Counted from the first letter of the stretch, positions 9,809 to 19,332 are shown. The stretch is DNA of 64,000 nucleotides from an uncultured delta proteobacterium (GCA_963810935.1 CAWEPK010000008.1:576001-640000); one strand, 5' to 3'. Notes: generated by a model from the sequence alone, not told the origin. Made by a program: numbers and translations.

Positions 9809-10483
9809 CTATTTTTCTTTAAGCCCCTTGGCCTCCAGGCTCTTGTTGAAACCGTAAAGCTCCAGGGTCGTTTCGCCTTTCTTCAGCTTCTCCATGATGA
9901 TCTTTTCTTTTTCCACCCTGGCCTTGCACGCCGCCAGGACCGTCGCTATCTCCTCACGGGCCACTATGACGACGCCGTCCGCGTCACCGAAAACGAGGTC
10001 GCCCGGATTCACCGTGATTCCCCCTATGAATATCGGATAGTTGATGAGGCCCAGCGAGTCCTTTGTAGTCCCTTTGATGCACAGCGACCGCGTGAACATA
10101 GGAAAGCCCATGTCGATGATGGCGCGCGAGTCGCGTACGGAGCCGTCCATAACCATCCCGGCGATGCCCCTTACCTGGGCAGCAAAGGTCATCACCTCGC
10201 CCCAGGGCCCCGCCTCCGTGTAGCTGCCTGTCGTTATCACCAGCACGTCGCCCGGTCCCGCGACGTAGATGGCCTTGTGGAACATCAGGTTGTCGCCGGG
10301 GCGGCACTTCACCGTTACCGCCGGGCCGCATAACCGGCTCGAAGGGTCGATGGGCTTGATCTCACTCGATAAGGCGCCCTTGCCGCCCGATGCCTCGTGT
10401 ATAGTAGCGCTGTCTAAATCCGCGAAGCCCTTAATCAGCTCCTGAGGCGGACGGACAATTTCATTGATTACATGAGGCTCCAT
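9809..10483 (-). CDS. RraA/HMG-CHA aldolase family protein, LigK/GalC-like
   Basis: TIHEA, CGPAVTV, PGDNLMFH, WGE-X20-RD, GDADGVV motifs. Confidence 0.88.
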   Translation of the reverse strand: MEPHVINEIVRPPQELIKGFADLDSATIHEASGGKGALSSEIKPIDPSSRLCGPAVTVKCRPGDNLMFHKAIYVAGPGDVLVITTGSYTEAGPWGEVMTFAAQVRGIAGMVMDGSVRDSRAIIDMGFPMFTRSLCIKGTTKDSLGLINYPIFIGGITVNPGDLVFGDADGVVIVAREEIATVLAACKARVEKEKIIMEKLKKGETTLELYGFNKSLEAKGLKEK

Positions 10484-10495
10484 GTTACCTCCGTT

Positions 10496-11938
10496 TCATT
10501 GGGCTACCACGATGCCGAGGCGGCCTGCCGCTTCTATCGCGGCCTCCAGGCTCGGCTCCGCGTCTACGATGGCGAGGCGCCCCCCGCCCCTGTTGCGGGA
10601 ATCGACCATCGCACTCCCTTCTGCAGTCTCGATCCTGATGCGCTGGACCTCAGGCTCTTTGACCTCGACGAGCTCGATGGGTATCTTGCGGCTAAGGACG
10701 TCGGCGACGACCTTGCGGTAGCTTTCGATATCGTCTGTGGCCGATCCGTAAACTGCGCCCATCAGTATGCCTGGGACGTTGATGGCCCGGCGCGAGAAGA
10801 GGTCGGAGGTCAGCTCGATGCGGATGCGCACGGGCTCTCCGCCGGCAAGCTCGTGGCAGATGCGCCCCATGTTCGTCGGCGATCCCACCGCCATGCTGCT
10901 GCCGCCGAAGACCACGTCGCCCAGCGAGTGCCTGATGGAAGGCGACTGGGCCGCGAGGCTGCGCACCTCCTCCCTCGCTTGCCGGAGCACCTCCTCTTTC
11001 TCGGCCGCCTCCTTCGCCAGCACTTCAGGGCTGACGAACTTTTCCACGTTCTCGTCGCGCTCGAAAAATGGGCGCAGGTACCGGATATTGATCGGTGTGA
11101 TTACAGGCGCCGCCTCTCTGTGTATCCTGGCAGCCATCGCCACCATCGCGTCCACGTCGACCGGCATGGGCAGGGATGTCTTCAGCACGAGGTTTGCCGC
11201 CTGGTTGCCTATAAGGATCGCAGCGCTTATATGGAGCGCGCAGAGCCCCGGCACCATCACGCGGGGCGTGCAGGGGACTGCAATCGTGGGCGATAGGGCA
11301 AGCACCAATGCCTTGCCGACCTGGGTGGGGCTCCCGCCCCTAAGCTCCGTGAGGACGGCGGCCGTTACCGCGGCGCCCGCTCCGATGCCTTCCATATTGC
11401 AGCCCGTCGTTGCCTTGCCCGCGCGGAAAATGCCACCGATCTTCAGCATGAGGGCGGTCGCGTGGGCGATCTGCCCGGCCGGGTAAGGTTTTTCTTTGAG
11501 TGCCCTCAAGAGGCCCGTATAAGGGCACGAATCGCCCGTGCCTGCGCAGGGCCGCAGTCCTATTTCATGGTTTCCCACCTCTGTCGCAAGGGTATAGGTT
11601 AGGGCCCGGTTGATGAAATCGTCCTCGATCTGGGCGGGACCGTTCTTATTCTCCCGGTTCAGGTCGGACGCAACGCTGCCCAAAAGGAAGCTCTTGCCTT
11701 CGGTGAGGCCAAGCTCGCACGCGCTTAAGTTGTGGCGGAAGGCCCCGGTCACCTCCGCGAGAAGCTCCTCGTAGCCCATCTTCTCCTGCGCCATCGCCTG
11801 GGCGACGACCAACGCAGAAAGCGGAGCGCCCTGCCTTTCAGCCATCTCGATCAGCTCCGTGAGCGTGTAAGGCTTGGCCGGGTCAGCGGCAAAGCCGCCG
11901 ACGAGCCTTTCCGTAATCTCTTTGAGTGTATCTGTCAT
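10496..11938 (-). CDS. Fe-S L-serine dehydratase-like protein, alpha-beta fusion
   Basis: RPCAGTGD, GCNMEG and VPCTP...GLC resemble SdaA alpha-subunit motifs; C-terminal LGDVVFGGSS...SRNRGGG resembles the beta subunit. Confidence 0.72.
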   Translation of the reverse strand: MTDTLKEITERLVGGFAADPAKPYTLTELIEMAERQGAPLSALVVAQAMAQEKMGYEELLAEVTGAFRHNLSACELGLTEGKSFLLGSVASDLNRENKNGPAQIEDDFINRALTYTLATEVGNHEIGLRPCAGTGDSCPYTGLLRALKEKPYPAGQIAHATALMLKIGGIFRAGKATTGCNMEGIGAGAAVTAAVLTELRGGSPTQVGKALVLALSPTIAVPCTPRVMVPGLCALHISAAILIGNQAANLVLKTSLPMPVDVDAMVAMAARIHREAAPVITPINIRYLRPFFERDENVEKFVSPEVLAKEAAEKEEVLRQAREEVRSLAAQSPSIRHSLGDVVFGGSSMAVGSPTNMGRICHELAGGEPVRIRIELTSDLFSRRAINVPGILMGAVYGSATDDIESYRKVVADVLSRKIPIELVEVKEPEVQRIRIETAEGSAMVDSRNRGGGRLAIVDAEPSLEAAIEAAGRLGIVVAQ

Positions 11939-11962
11939 TCGAGCCTCAAGCGGAACACCCGC

Positions 11963-12628
11963 CTACCTCTTCGACTGCAAGGAGTGGTATCCGAATTTCT
12001 GTCTAGCCTCTTTAAGCGAGAGCCCGCCCCTGACCGCTTTCTCGATCCTGTTTTCCGCCTTCTCGATATCGAGGGCGAGCTTCAGGACCTCCTCGGCCCT
12101 CTCGTGGGGGACGACCACCACCCCCGTGTCGTCGCCCACCATTATATCGCCCGGCTTTACCTGGGTCTTTCCTATCGAGACGGTCACGTTCATCGCCTCG
12201 ACCATCACCCGGTCCTTGCCGGTCATCATGAACCTCCCACGTGTGAATATGGGGTACTTCTCTTTTATTATGTACGGCACGTCGCGGCAGACGCCGTCGA
12301 TGACCGTCCCGGCGATCCCTTTTTGCTTCGCCACCATCGTAAGGATATCGCCCCAGACCGTGCAATCCGTCCGTCCGTAATTGTCCAGGACGATGACGTC
12401 TCCCGGCTCGACTATGTCTATATAATCGCCGACTGTCCCCTTGACCTGCCCGATAGGCACGTACCGTATGGTGAAGGCGGGGCCTGCCATCTTCGCTCCC
12501 TGCACTACGGGCAGTATCCCTTCGCAGCCGCCCCTGAGACCGAACGCGTCGAGGGCATCCGAGATGGCGGCGGTGGGAAGGGAGACGAAACCTTTTACGA
12601 TTTTTTTGGCCGGCCGTGGAATCTCCAT
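11963..12628 (-). CDS. RraA/HMG aldolase family protein
   Basis: ISDALD, AGPAFT, WGD-X20-RD, GDDTGVVVVP. Confidence 0.88.
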   Translation of the reverse strand: MEIPRPAKKIVKGFVSLPTAAISDALDAFGLRGGCEGILPVVQGAKMAGPAFTIRYVPIGQVKGTVGDYIDIVEPGDVIVLDNYGRTDCTVWGDILTMVAKQKGIAGTVIDGVCRDVPYIIKEKYPIFTRGRFMMTGKDRVMVEAMNVTVSIGKTQVKPGDIMVGDDTGVVVVPHERAEEVLKLALDIEKAENRIEKAVRGGLSLKEARQKFGYHSLQSKR

Positions 12629-12637
12629 CTGCTCCTC

Positions 12638-13309
12638 CTATTTCTTCAGCATCTGCTCGTAGTTATACTTGCTGTCGACCTCCAGGATGTCCATGCCCGC
12701 AAGTATGTCGGCCTTCATCGCTTCCTCCTTCCGGAGGATATCTTCGGCGGCAGAGACGACTTCCTCGAGCTTCTCCGGGGGGATGACGACCATTCCGTTC
12801 ACGTCCGCAACGATGATATCGCCCGGGCGCACCTGGACGTCGCCCAGGCGTATGGGGCAGTTGAAGTCCTCCTGCATGATCCTGCCGCGCGCGGTTATCG
12901 GCACTACGCCGCGCGCGAATACAGGGAACCCTATCTCCTGGCAGAAGTCGATATCCCTCGCTGCGCCATCGACGACTACGCCGGAGACGCCCCGTTTCTG
13001 CGCTGCGCAGGAGAGGATCTCCCCCCAGCAGTTGTTGTATAGATCGCCCCTGTTGTCGATGGCGATGATGTCGCCCGGCGATGCGGACGCAATGGCGTCG
13101 ATCCCTAGGTGGCGCTTTGATTTCACCATGCCCGCCGCCGTCATTTTGATCGTGGCCGCCAGCCCGGCGATCTTCGGCATGCCGAAGAGTGGACGGATGC
13201 CGATTACGGCGCCGCGCAGCCCGGTCGCGTCGAGCGCATCCGCCAGGTTTGTCGTCGAAAGCCTCTCCAGCCGCCCTCGGTAGGCAGCGTCGAACGCCTC
13301 TGCATTCAT
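12638..13309 (-). CDS. RraA/HMG aldolase family protein
   Basis: LADALD, WGE-X20-RD, PGDIIVADVNGMVVIP; start chosen at ATG 13309 after a G-rich RBS. Confidence 0.88.
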   Translation of the reverse strand: MNAEAFDAAYRGRLERLSTTNLADALDATGLRGAVIGIRPLFGMPKIAGLAATIKMTAAGMVKSKRHLGIDAIASASPGDIIAIDNRGDLYNNCWGEILSCAAQKRGVSGVVVDGAARDIDFCQEIGFPVFARGVVPITARGRIMQEDFNCPIRLGDVQVRPGDIIVADVNGMVVIPPEKLEEVVSAAEDILRKEEAMKADILAGMDILEVDSKYNYEQMLKK

Positions 13310-13326
13310 CTCGGTCGCCCCCCTTC

Positions 13327-14518
13327 TCACTTATAGACTAACCGCGGCGCATAGGTCGGGCAGACCTCCGTGCACATGCCGCAGACATCACACGCCTTCG
13401 CGTCGATCACCGCACCCGCCTTGGTCACGGTGATGGCGTCGTAAAAACAGACTCCGCAGGCAGACGCCGCATTTGGTGCATTTGGCCGTATCGATCACCA
13501 CGGCTACATTCTGGGGCTTTCTCGGGACTTCGGCGGTCTTGACCATGTTGGGCAGGGCGATGCCCCTTATGTCCTTCAGGCTTTTATATCCCTTAGCCTC
13601 CATCCAGGCGGACATGGAGTCCTGCCATCTCTGGGACACCTTGTAGCCCTGCATCATGATGCCGACGCCCGATTGCACGAGGGTGGCGCCGACCATCAGG
13701 TAGCGCACCACGTCCTGCCATTCCCAGGTGCCGAGGCCCGCGATAATGGGTATTTTCAGTTCCTTAGCCGCCTGGCCTACCAGCTTCAGTCCGTAGCCCA
13801 CGAGGTAGGGTCCGCCGTAACCACCGATTGCGCCGAACGGGTAAGGCTTCGCGGTTTCGATGTCGAGCGTGATGCCGGAAAGCCGGGCGGACATGTTGAC
13901 CGCATTGGCGCCTGCCTCCTCGACCTGCTTCGCTATGATAACGGGGTCGTTCGTCTGAGGTGTGATCTTCACGCTGAAGGGCTTCTTTAAGACCTCTTTG
14001 CATGCCTTGACGAACTGGTAGGTGAGATCGACTGCGCCCGCCCCCATCTTGATGCCCATGTCTGCGGCAAAGGGACAGGAGTTGTTCAGCTCGACCCAGT
14101 CCGCCTTCGTCTTGTTGACGAGGGTGCACATCTCGATCCATTCGTCCATGCTGGAACCGGACAGGCTGGCGATGACAACGCCCGTATCGCCGACCAGGTC
14201 TTTTGCCTTGTCGATGTCCTTCATGTACGTCGGGTAATCGTAGGCCGAGCATTCCTCAAGTGAGCGAAGGGTGAAGGCGTGGGGCAGCTTGTCGGGATAT
14301 CCCGGATATTCCCTGTAGTCTATCAGCTTGAACCTCGGCCTCGGGAACTCGCGGCCCAGCTTTCCGCCTTCGCCGAAAAGAGACTTGGCGATGACGGCGC
14401 CGGCGCCTCCTTCAATGCCCTTTTTCATCGCCTTTGCGTTCATCGTGGGCGTCGCCGAGCCGACGACGATGGGGTTCTTGAACCGAACTCCTGCTATCTC
14501 AGTCGAAAGGTCGACCAT
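13327..14518 (-). pseudogene. dihydroorotate/dihydropyrimidine dehydrogenase (PyrD/PreA)-like FMN protein with C-terminal 2x[4Fe-4S]; one extra base near 13453 (possibly a sequencing error)
   Basis: KNPIVVGS, IAKS, ELNNSCP, VKITP, GGYGGP; CTKCGVC then, after removing one base, CFYDAI...CDVCGMCTEVCP and stop at 13327. Confidence 0.85.
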
Positions 14519-14534
14519 GTTATAAACTCCTCCT

Positions 14535-15281
14535 TTACCGTTTTTTTCGAGTATCTTTACGGGACTCCCGCAATGGTAACTCTTTATCCTGAAGCGCCGT
14601 CTGGATCTGGCCTATATGCTCGAGCATTATGTCTCTGGCGTCCTCCGAATTGCGCTCCGATATGACCTTGAAGAGCTTATCGTGGTAGTCGAGCGTTCTC
14701 TGCACGGGCTTTTCGGTGAGGACGATGGCGGACGAGACGTTATTCTCCATTATGTCCAGCATCGAATCGATCATGAAGAAGATCACCGGGTTCTCCGACG
14801 CCTGCGAGATGATCCGGTGAAACTCAAGATTAAGGAGCCTCGCGTCGGTCGGGTTCTTCTTTTTGAGGCACTCCCTCGTCTCCTCTATGTTCTGCTTCAA
14901 CTGCGCGAGCGCCTCATCCTTTATCCGCATGGCCGCCAGGGCCACTGAGAACGGCTCTATGGCGAGCCTCGCCTCGGTGAGGTCGGCGATCTTGATATTG
15001 CCGAGAGAAAACATGTCCTGGAGGAAGTTGTTGCCCGTCTTGACGCTGGGATCGACGAGAAAGGCGCCGCCCTGCATGCCCCTTCTAATCTCAAGAATGC
15101 CCGTATATTCGAGCTTCTTGAGCGCCTCCCGCACGGTGACACGGCTGCACTGGAACTGCTCCATTAGCTGCCGCTCGGACGGCAGCTTCTCACCCGGCGT
15201 GATCTTCTTCTGAAAGATCGCCTGCTTTATCTGCTCGATTATCGCCTCAGAAATCCTGTCTGTCCTGACTGATTTAAACAT
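14535..15281 (-). CDS. GntR/FadR family transcriptional regulator
   Basis: GEKLPSERQL...SRVTVREAL HTH plus FCD domain (EARLAIE, EFHRII, ASENP). Confidence 0.93.
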   Translation of the reverse strand: MFKSVRTDRISEAIIEQIKQAIFQKKITPGEKLPSERQLMEQFQCSRVTVREALKKLEYTGILEIRRGMQGGAFLVDPSVKTGNNFLQDMFSLGNIKIADLTEARLAIEPFSVALAAMRIKDEALAQLKQNIEETRECLKKKNPTDARLLNLEFHRIISQASENPVIFFMIDSMLDIMENNVSSAIVLTEKPVQRTLDYHDKLFKVISERNSEDARDIMLEHIGQIQTALQDKELPLRESRKDTRKKR

Positions 15282-15305
15282 GTCCCCCTATGCCTCATCC
15301 TTGAA

Positions 15306-15344
15306 TCATATACATCATACATCCAAATGTTAGTCCTTTGTCAA
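15306..15344 (-). promoter_or_regulatory. putative promoter/operator of the FadR operon
   Basis: Minus strand TTGACA followed by TGTATGATGTATATGAT (repeated TATGAT); -35/-10 spacing is non-ideal (19 nt). Confidence 0.35.
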
Positions 15345-15577
15345 CACGAAAAACTACCGGACAAGGTCCGTTAAATGACCTGTTCCCAGCAAGGCCGGTA
15401 TTAATGCCTCTTGAAAGGTGGAAACCTGCTTTTGCCCATGGCCGATTTTAATTGACAACGGGCTGTGGGGAGTCAGATAATGGATGAATTTGCAAAAGCC
15501 CAGGAGCCGGCGAGAGCGGGGTGGAAAGTCAGTGAGTCCCCCTGCGGGGCCGTACAATCGGCGACTAAAAGGCGGAC

Positions 15578-17524
15578 GTGGACAAGACGCTCTTTAAAGC
15601 ACAAAAAATAGCGGTAAAACAGGTTGGACCGAAACCTCGGACGCTACTGATCTGCATCGTCCTTGCGGTCGTCGTCGCCTGCGCCTTCTGGCAGGTTGCC
15701 CGGTGCGACTTCATTAACTTCGACGATCATGTTTACGTAACCGAAAACAGCCACGTGTTGAACGGCCTGACTATTGAAGACCTGCGTTGGGCTTTCACCG
15801 TCGGGTATGCCGGCAACTGGCATCCCCTGACCTGGATGTCCCACATGCTGGACGTCCAGATCTTCGGCCTGAACCCCGCATGGCACCATCTGACTAACCT
15901 CTTGTTCCACATCGCCAACACCATCTTGCTCTTTCTAGTCCTTTTCAGGATGACAAAGGGTCTCTGGCAAAGCGCCTTCGTGGCAGCCTTGTTCGGCATA
16001 CACCCCGTGCACGTGGAATCGGTAGCCTGGGTTGCCGAGCGCAAGGATGTGCTTTCCACCTTTTTCTGGTTGCTCACCATGGGTGCCTATATCCGCTACG
16101 TCGAGCAGCCACTGTTTAAGAGATATCTGGTCCTGATCGCCTGTTTCGCCATAGGTCTTACGTCAAAACCAATGCTTGTGACCCTTCCCTTCGTCCTTCT
16201 CCTTCTCGATTATTGGCCGCTGCGCCGTTTCGAGCAACAAGCACCGGTCCTGAATATGCCGCCGGAGGAAACCAAAGAGAAGAAGAGAAAAAGAGAATCC
16301 CGCACCCGGCAGCCGGTCGGGCAGCTTGCGGAAGGGCAGACGAGCTATTCTTTTCGACCGGCGTCGATAGGCCCTATCCTCAGGGAGAAGATACCTCTGT
16401 TTGGTCTGGCCGCACTCTCTTGCCTGCTCACATACGCGGCCCAGCAGAGAGAAGGCGCGGTGATATCGACGGATGCACTGCCGCTCTCGGGCCGCATCGC
16501 CAACGCCTTCGTCTCGTATGCTGTCTATATAGGCAAAATGTTCTGGCCGGCCGATCTTGCAGTTTTCTACCCCTATCCATCGTCCTGGCCGCAATGGCAA
16601 ACCGCCTTGGCTGTGCTTCTCTTTGCAGCCGTAACTGCTGTAGTCATACTATGTGGTCGAAAATACGGCTATCTCCGAATGGGATGGCTGTGGTACGCAG
16701 GCACGCTCGTGCCTGTGATCGGCTTCGTGCAGGTGGGCAGGCAGGCAAGCGCCGACCGTTATACTTATATCCCCTTCATTGGGCTCTTCGTGATCATCGC
16801 GTGGGGTATCCCCGACCTCATTAAAAAATGGCGGTACCGGAGGCAGGCACTCGCCGCCTCATCGATAGTCGCGCTATCCTGCTTTTTCGCCGCTACCTGG
16901 CTGCAGGTCGGCTACTGGCAGGACAGCATCACCCTGTACGACCATTCACTCGCCGTTACGTCCGACAGCTCTATCGTGCTCAACAACAGGGGCAACGCCC
17001 ATAGTCTGAGATTTGAGTACAAAAGGGCAATGGCCGATTTCGACAAAGCCATCGAGATGGCGCCCAAAGACGCGGAGACGTACAACAATAGGGGTGCACT
17101 CTACAATGCACTGGACGACTATGCCCGGGCCATAGCCGATTTAGACCGGGCTATCGAGATCGACCCACATCATAAAAGAGCATATTATAACCGGGGGGTA
17201 GCCTACGCCAAGGGGCCGGGGGACTACAGGAAGGCAATAGCCGACTTTGACATGGCTCTCACCTTGAAGCCTCCGATCGCGACTGAAGTTTATAGGAGCC
17301 GAGGCGCCACCTGGGGAGCGATAGGCGACTACGCCCAAGCGATAGCCGATTTTAACAAAGCCATAGAAGCCAACCCCGGAAATGCGCAAGCGTATTTTAA
17401 TCGCGGGATGGCATACCGCCATATCGGCAACGATGCCAGTGCCATGGATGACCTTAGGGAAGCAGCGCGGCTCGGCAGTCAACCGGCAAACAACGTTCTC
17501 CGCAACCAAGCGGCAGGCCGGTAG
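15578..17524 (+). CDS. membrane glycosyltransferase (GT-C, TMTC-like) with C-terminal TPR repeats
   Basis: FINFDD, WHPLTWMSH, HPVHVESVAWVAERKD, ADRYTYIP, then about five TPRs of the form YNNRG...AIADFDKAIE. Confidence 0.85.
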   Translation: MDKTLFKAQKIAVKQVGPKPRTLLICIVLAVVVACAFWQVARCDFINFDDHVYVTENSHVLNGLTIEDLRWAFTVGYAGNWHPLTWMSHMLDVQIFGLNPAWHHLTNLLFHIANTILLFLVLFRMTKGLWQSAFVAALFGIHPVHVESVAWVAERKDVLSTFFWLLTMGAYIRYVEQPLFKRYLVLIACFAIGLTSKPMLVTLPFVLLLLDYWPLRRFEQQAPVLNMPPEETKEKKRKRESRTRQPVGQLAEGQTSYSFRPASIGPILREKIPLFGLAALSCLLTYAAQQREGAVISTDALPLSGRIANAFVSYAVYIGKMFWPADLAVFYPYPSSWPQWQTALAVLLFAAVTAVVILCGRKYGYLRMGWLWYAGTLVPVIGFVQVGRQASADRYTYIPFIGLFVIIAWGIPDLIKKWRYRRQALAASSIVALSCFFAATWLQVGYWQDSITLYDHSLAVTSDSSIVLNNRGNAHSLRFEYKRAMADFDKAIEMAPKDAETYNNRGALYNALDDYARAIADLDRAIEIDPHHKRAYYNRGVAYAKGPGDYRKAIADFDMALTLKPPIATEVYRSRGATWGAIGDYAQAIADFNKAIEANPGNAQAYFNRGMAYRHIGNDASAMDDLREAARLGSQPANNVLRNQAAGR

Positions 17525-17589
17525 CCTGCAAGTAGGAGGCATTCCCTGGTCCTTCCGGGGACCATCCTGCCCGAGGCCGGGGGCTTTGG

Positions 17590-18810
17590 TCAACCGCGCC
17601 AGAATTTGTTGGCCAGGATGACGGTTATGCACTGAAAAACGAGAATTACCGCCACGCAGCCCGGCCAGCCTGCCTGCCTCCAGAAGAAGCCGGGGATAAC
17701 GGAGCCGACGAAGCCTCCGAAATAATAGAAAGAAACGTAGAGCCCTCCGGCCGACGATTTGGCGTTCAGGGCGACCTTGCCCACGTGGATCAACGCGGCC
17801 GACTGGCAGACGAACACGCCGGAAGACTCCATGATGAGCCCGATGACGATTACCGGCAGACTATGGACGAGCGTGAGCGACATACCCGCTGCGCACATGA
17901 CCGTCGCTCCCGTCAACGTCTTGAGTGGGCCTATCCGGTCGATAACGCGGCCGGACAGGGGGGTTATTACGGTCCCCACCAGGTAGACGGCGAATACCGA
18001 GCCCAACGCGGCCGGCCCAAGGAAAAAGGGCTTGTCCGCCAGGTAAAAGTTTACATAGGTGAAGGCGCCCACAAGGCAGGAAAGGACGGTGAACCCGACC
18101 GCATAGGTCGCAAGAAGGTCGGGGTTTCGCAGATGGGCGCCCATGGTGCGTACGGCCGACTGGCCGCGCCGCCGGACAAACCGCGTCGAGGGAGGCAGGA
18201 GCCACCACGTCACAAGTGCCACGGTAAGGCTCACTCCGGCCAGGATCAAAAACGCGCCGTGCCAGTCCCATCTTGACTGCGCCAGGCCCACCACGAAGCG
18301 CCCGCCGAAGCCGCCCAGGACCGTCCCCGTAACGTAAGTCGTCATCGTCGCGCCGGCCGATCCCGGCTCCGATTCTTCGGCGACATAGGCGATTGCGACC
18401 GCCATGATGCCGGGGATGAAACACCCCTGGACAAATCGCCATGCCACGAGCTGGCCAAGGCTTGATGCCGTTGCCGTCATGGCTGTGGCCGCGGCAAGGC
18501 ACAGGAGGGACGCCACGATGACCCGCTTGCGCCCCATCCTGTCGGAGAGAAGGCCTACCAGCGGGGCTGTCAAGGCAACGGCAAGGATGGTGGCACTCAC
18601 CGTCAGGCTCACGTGAAGCTCGGAGGCCCGGAAAAATTCCCTGAAGCGGGGCAGAAGGGGCTGGGTGGCGTAGACGGGGGCAAAAGTGCCGATGCCTGTA
18701 ATGAAAAGGGCTACCAATCTGATAGACCTGCGGGAGGGCGACGCCGCCCCTGTTGTTGCCTGTTTTTCCACCGATTCTCCCGTCCTTTTGTATACCAAAG
18801 AGTAACGCAT
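17590..18810 (-). CDS. MFS transporter (YnfM-like)
   Basis: GLLSDRMGRKR motif A, YATQPLLP, about 12 TMs. Confidence 0.9.
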   Translation of the reverse strand: MRYSLVYKRTGESVEKQATTGAASPSRRSIRLVALFITGIGTFAPVYATQPLLPRFREFFRASELHVSLTVSATILAVALTAPLVGLLSDRMGRKRVIVASLLCLAAATAMTATASSLGQLVAWRFVQGCFIPGIMAVAIAYVAEESEPGSAGATMTTYVTGTVLGGFGGRFVVGLAQSRWDWHGAFLILAGVSLTVALVTWWLLPPSTRFVRRRGQSAVRTMGAHLRNPDLLATYAVGFTVLSCLVGAFTYVNFYLADKPFFLGPAALGSVFAVYLVGTVITPLSGRVIDRIGPLKTLTGATVMCAAGMSLTLVHSLPVIVIGLIMESSGVFVCQSAALIHVGKVALNAKSSAGGLYVSFYYFGGFVGSVIPGFFWRQAGWPGCVAVILVFQCITVILANKFWRG

Positions 18811-18903
18811 ACGGCGGAGGGTATCAAGAGACGAACGTCGCGGGATGGCCGGGGTCTGCCGGATTAGACGATCTTTATGTCTTTGAATGCGGAATGGGTC
18901 AGG

Positions 18904-19332
18904 CTACGAGGCGATGAACCTGCGCAGGAAAAGGTCTTCTTCCTCTTTCGATTTGCAATGGTAGGTGTCTTTGATCATTTTACGAAGGGTAGCGCCGTTG
19001 GCTCCCACTTTTTCCTCCGCCTGGGACATATCGACCGCCTCCAACTCCTCCTGCGTGAAGCCTGCGCTCGGCATCAGGTTGATCGTCCAGATGTCCTTCG
19101 CGTTGACCATGTCCCCGTTCGACAACCTGATGGTCTGAAGCATATCGTAAAATTTTGCGGGACCTGTGCCGGACATAACGGCAAGCGCCAGCCCTTCGTC
19201 CAGCGTCACGTCGATTGCAGGCCTGCGCCGGAAGAAGGTGACGTCGCATCTATGCCCGAGCGCGGACACGGCCAGTATCTGGCGGCCGAGCAGCTCGAAC
19301 CTGCGTCCGAATATATCCTCAAATTTATCCAT
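18904..19332 (-). CDS. hypothetical protein (142 aa)
   Basis: Clean ORF with host-like codon usage, co-oriented between moeA and the MFS gene. Confidence 0.7.
   Translation of the reverse strand: MDKFEDIFGRRFELLGRQILAVSALGHRCDVTFFRRRPAIDVTLDEGLALAVMSGTGPAKFYDMLQTIRLSNGDMVNAKDIWTINLMPSAGFTQEELEAVDMSQAEEKVGANGATLRKMIKDTYHCKSKEEEDLFLRRFIAS

Noticed and set aside
17000..17420. Recurring ATAGCCGATTT-like nucleotide repeats
   Set aside because: Explained by TPR coding repeats (AIADF)
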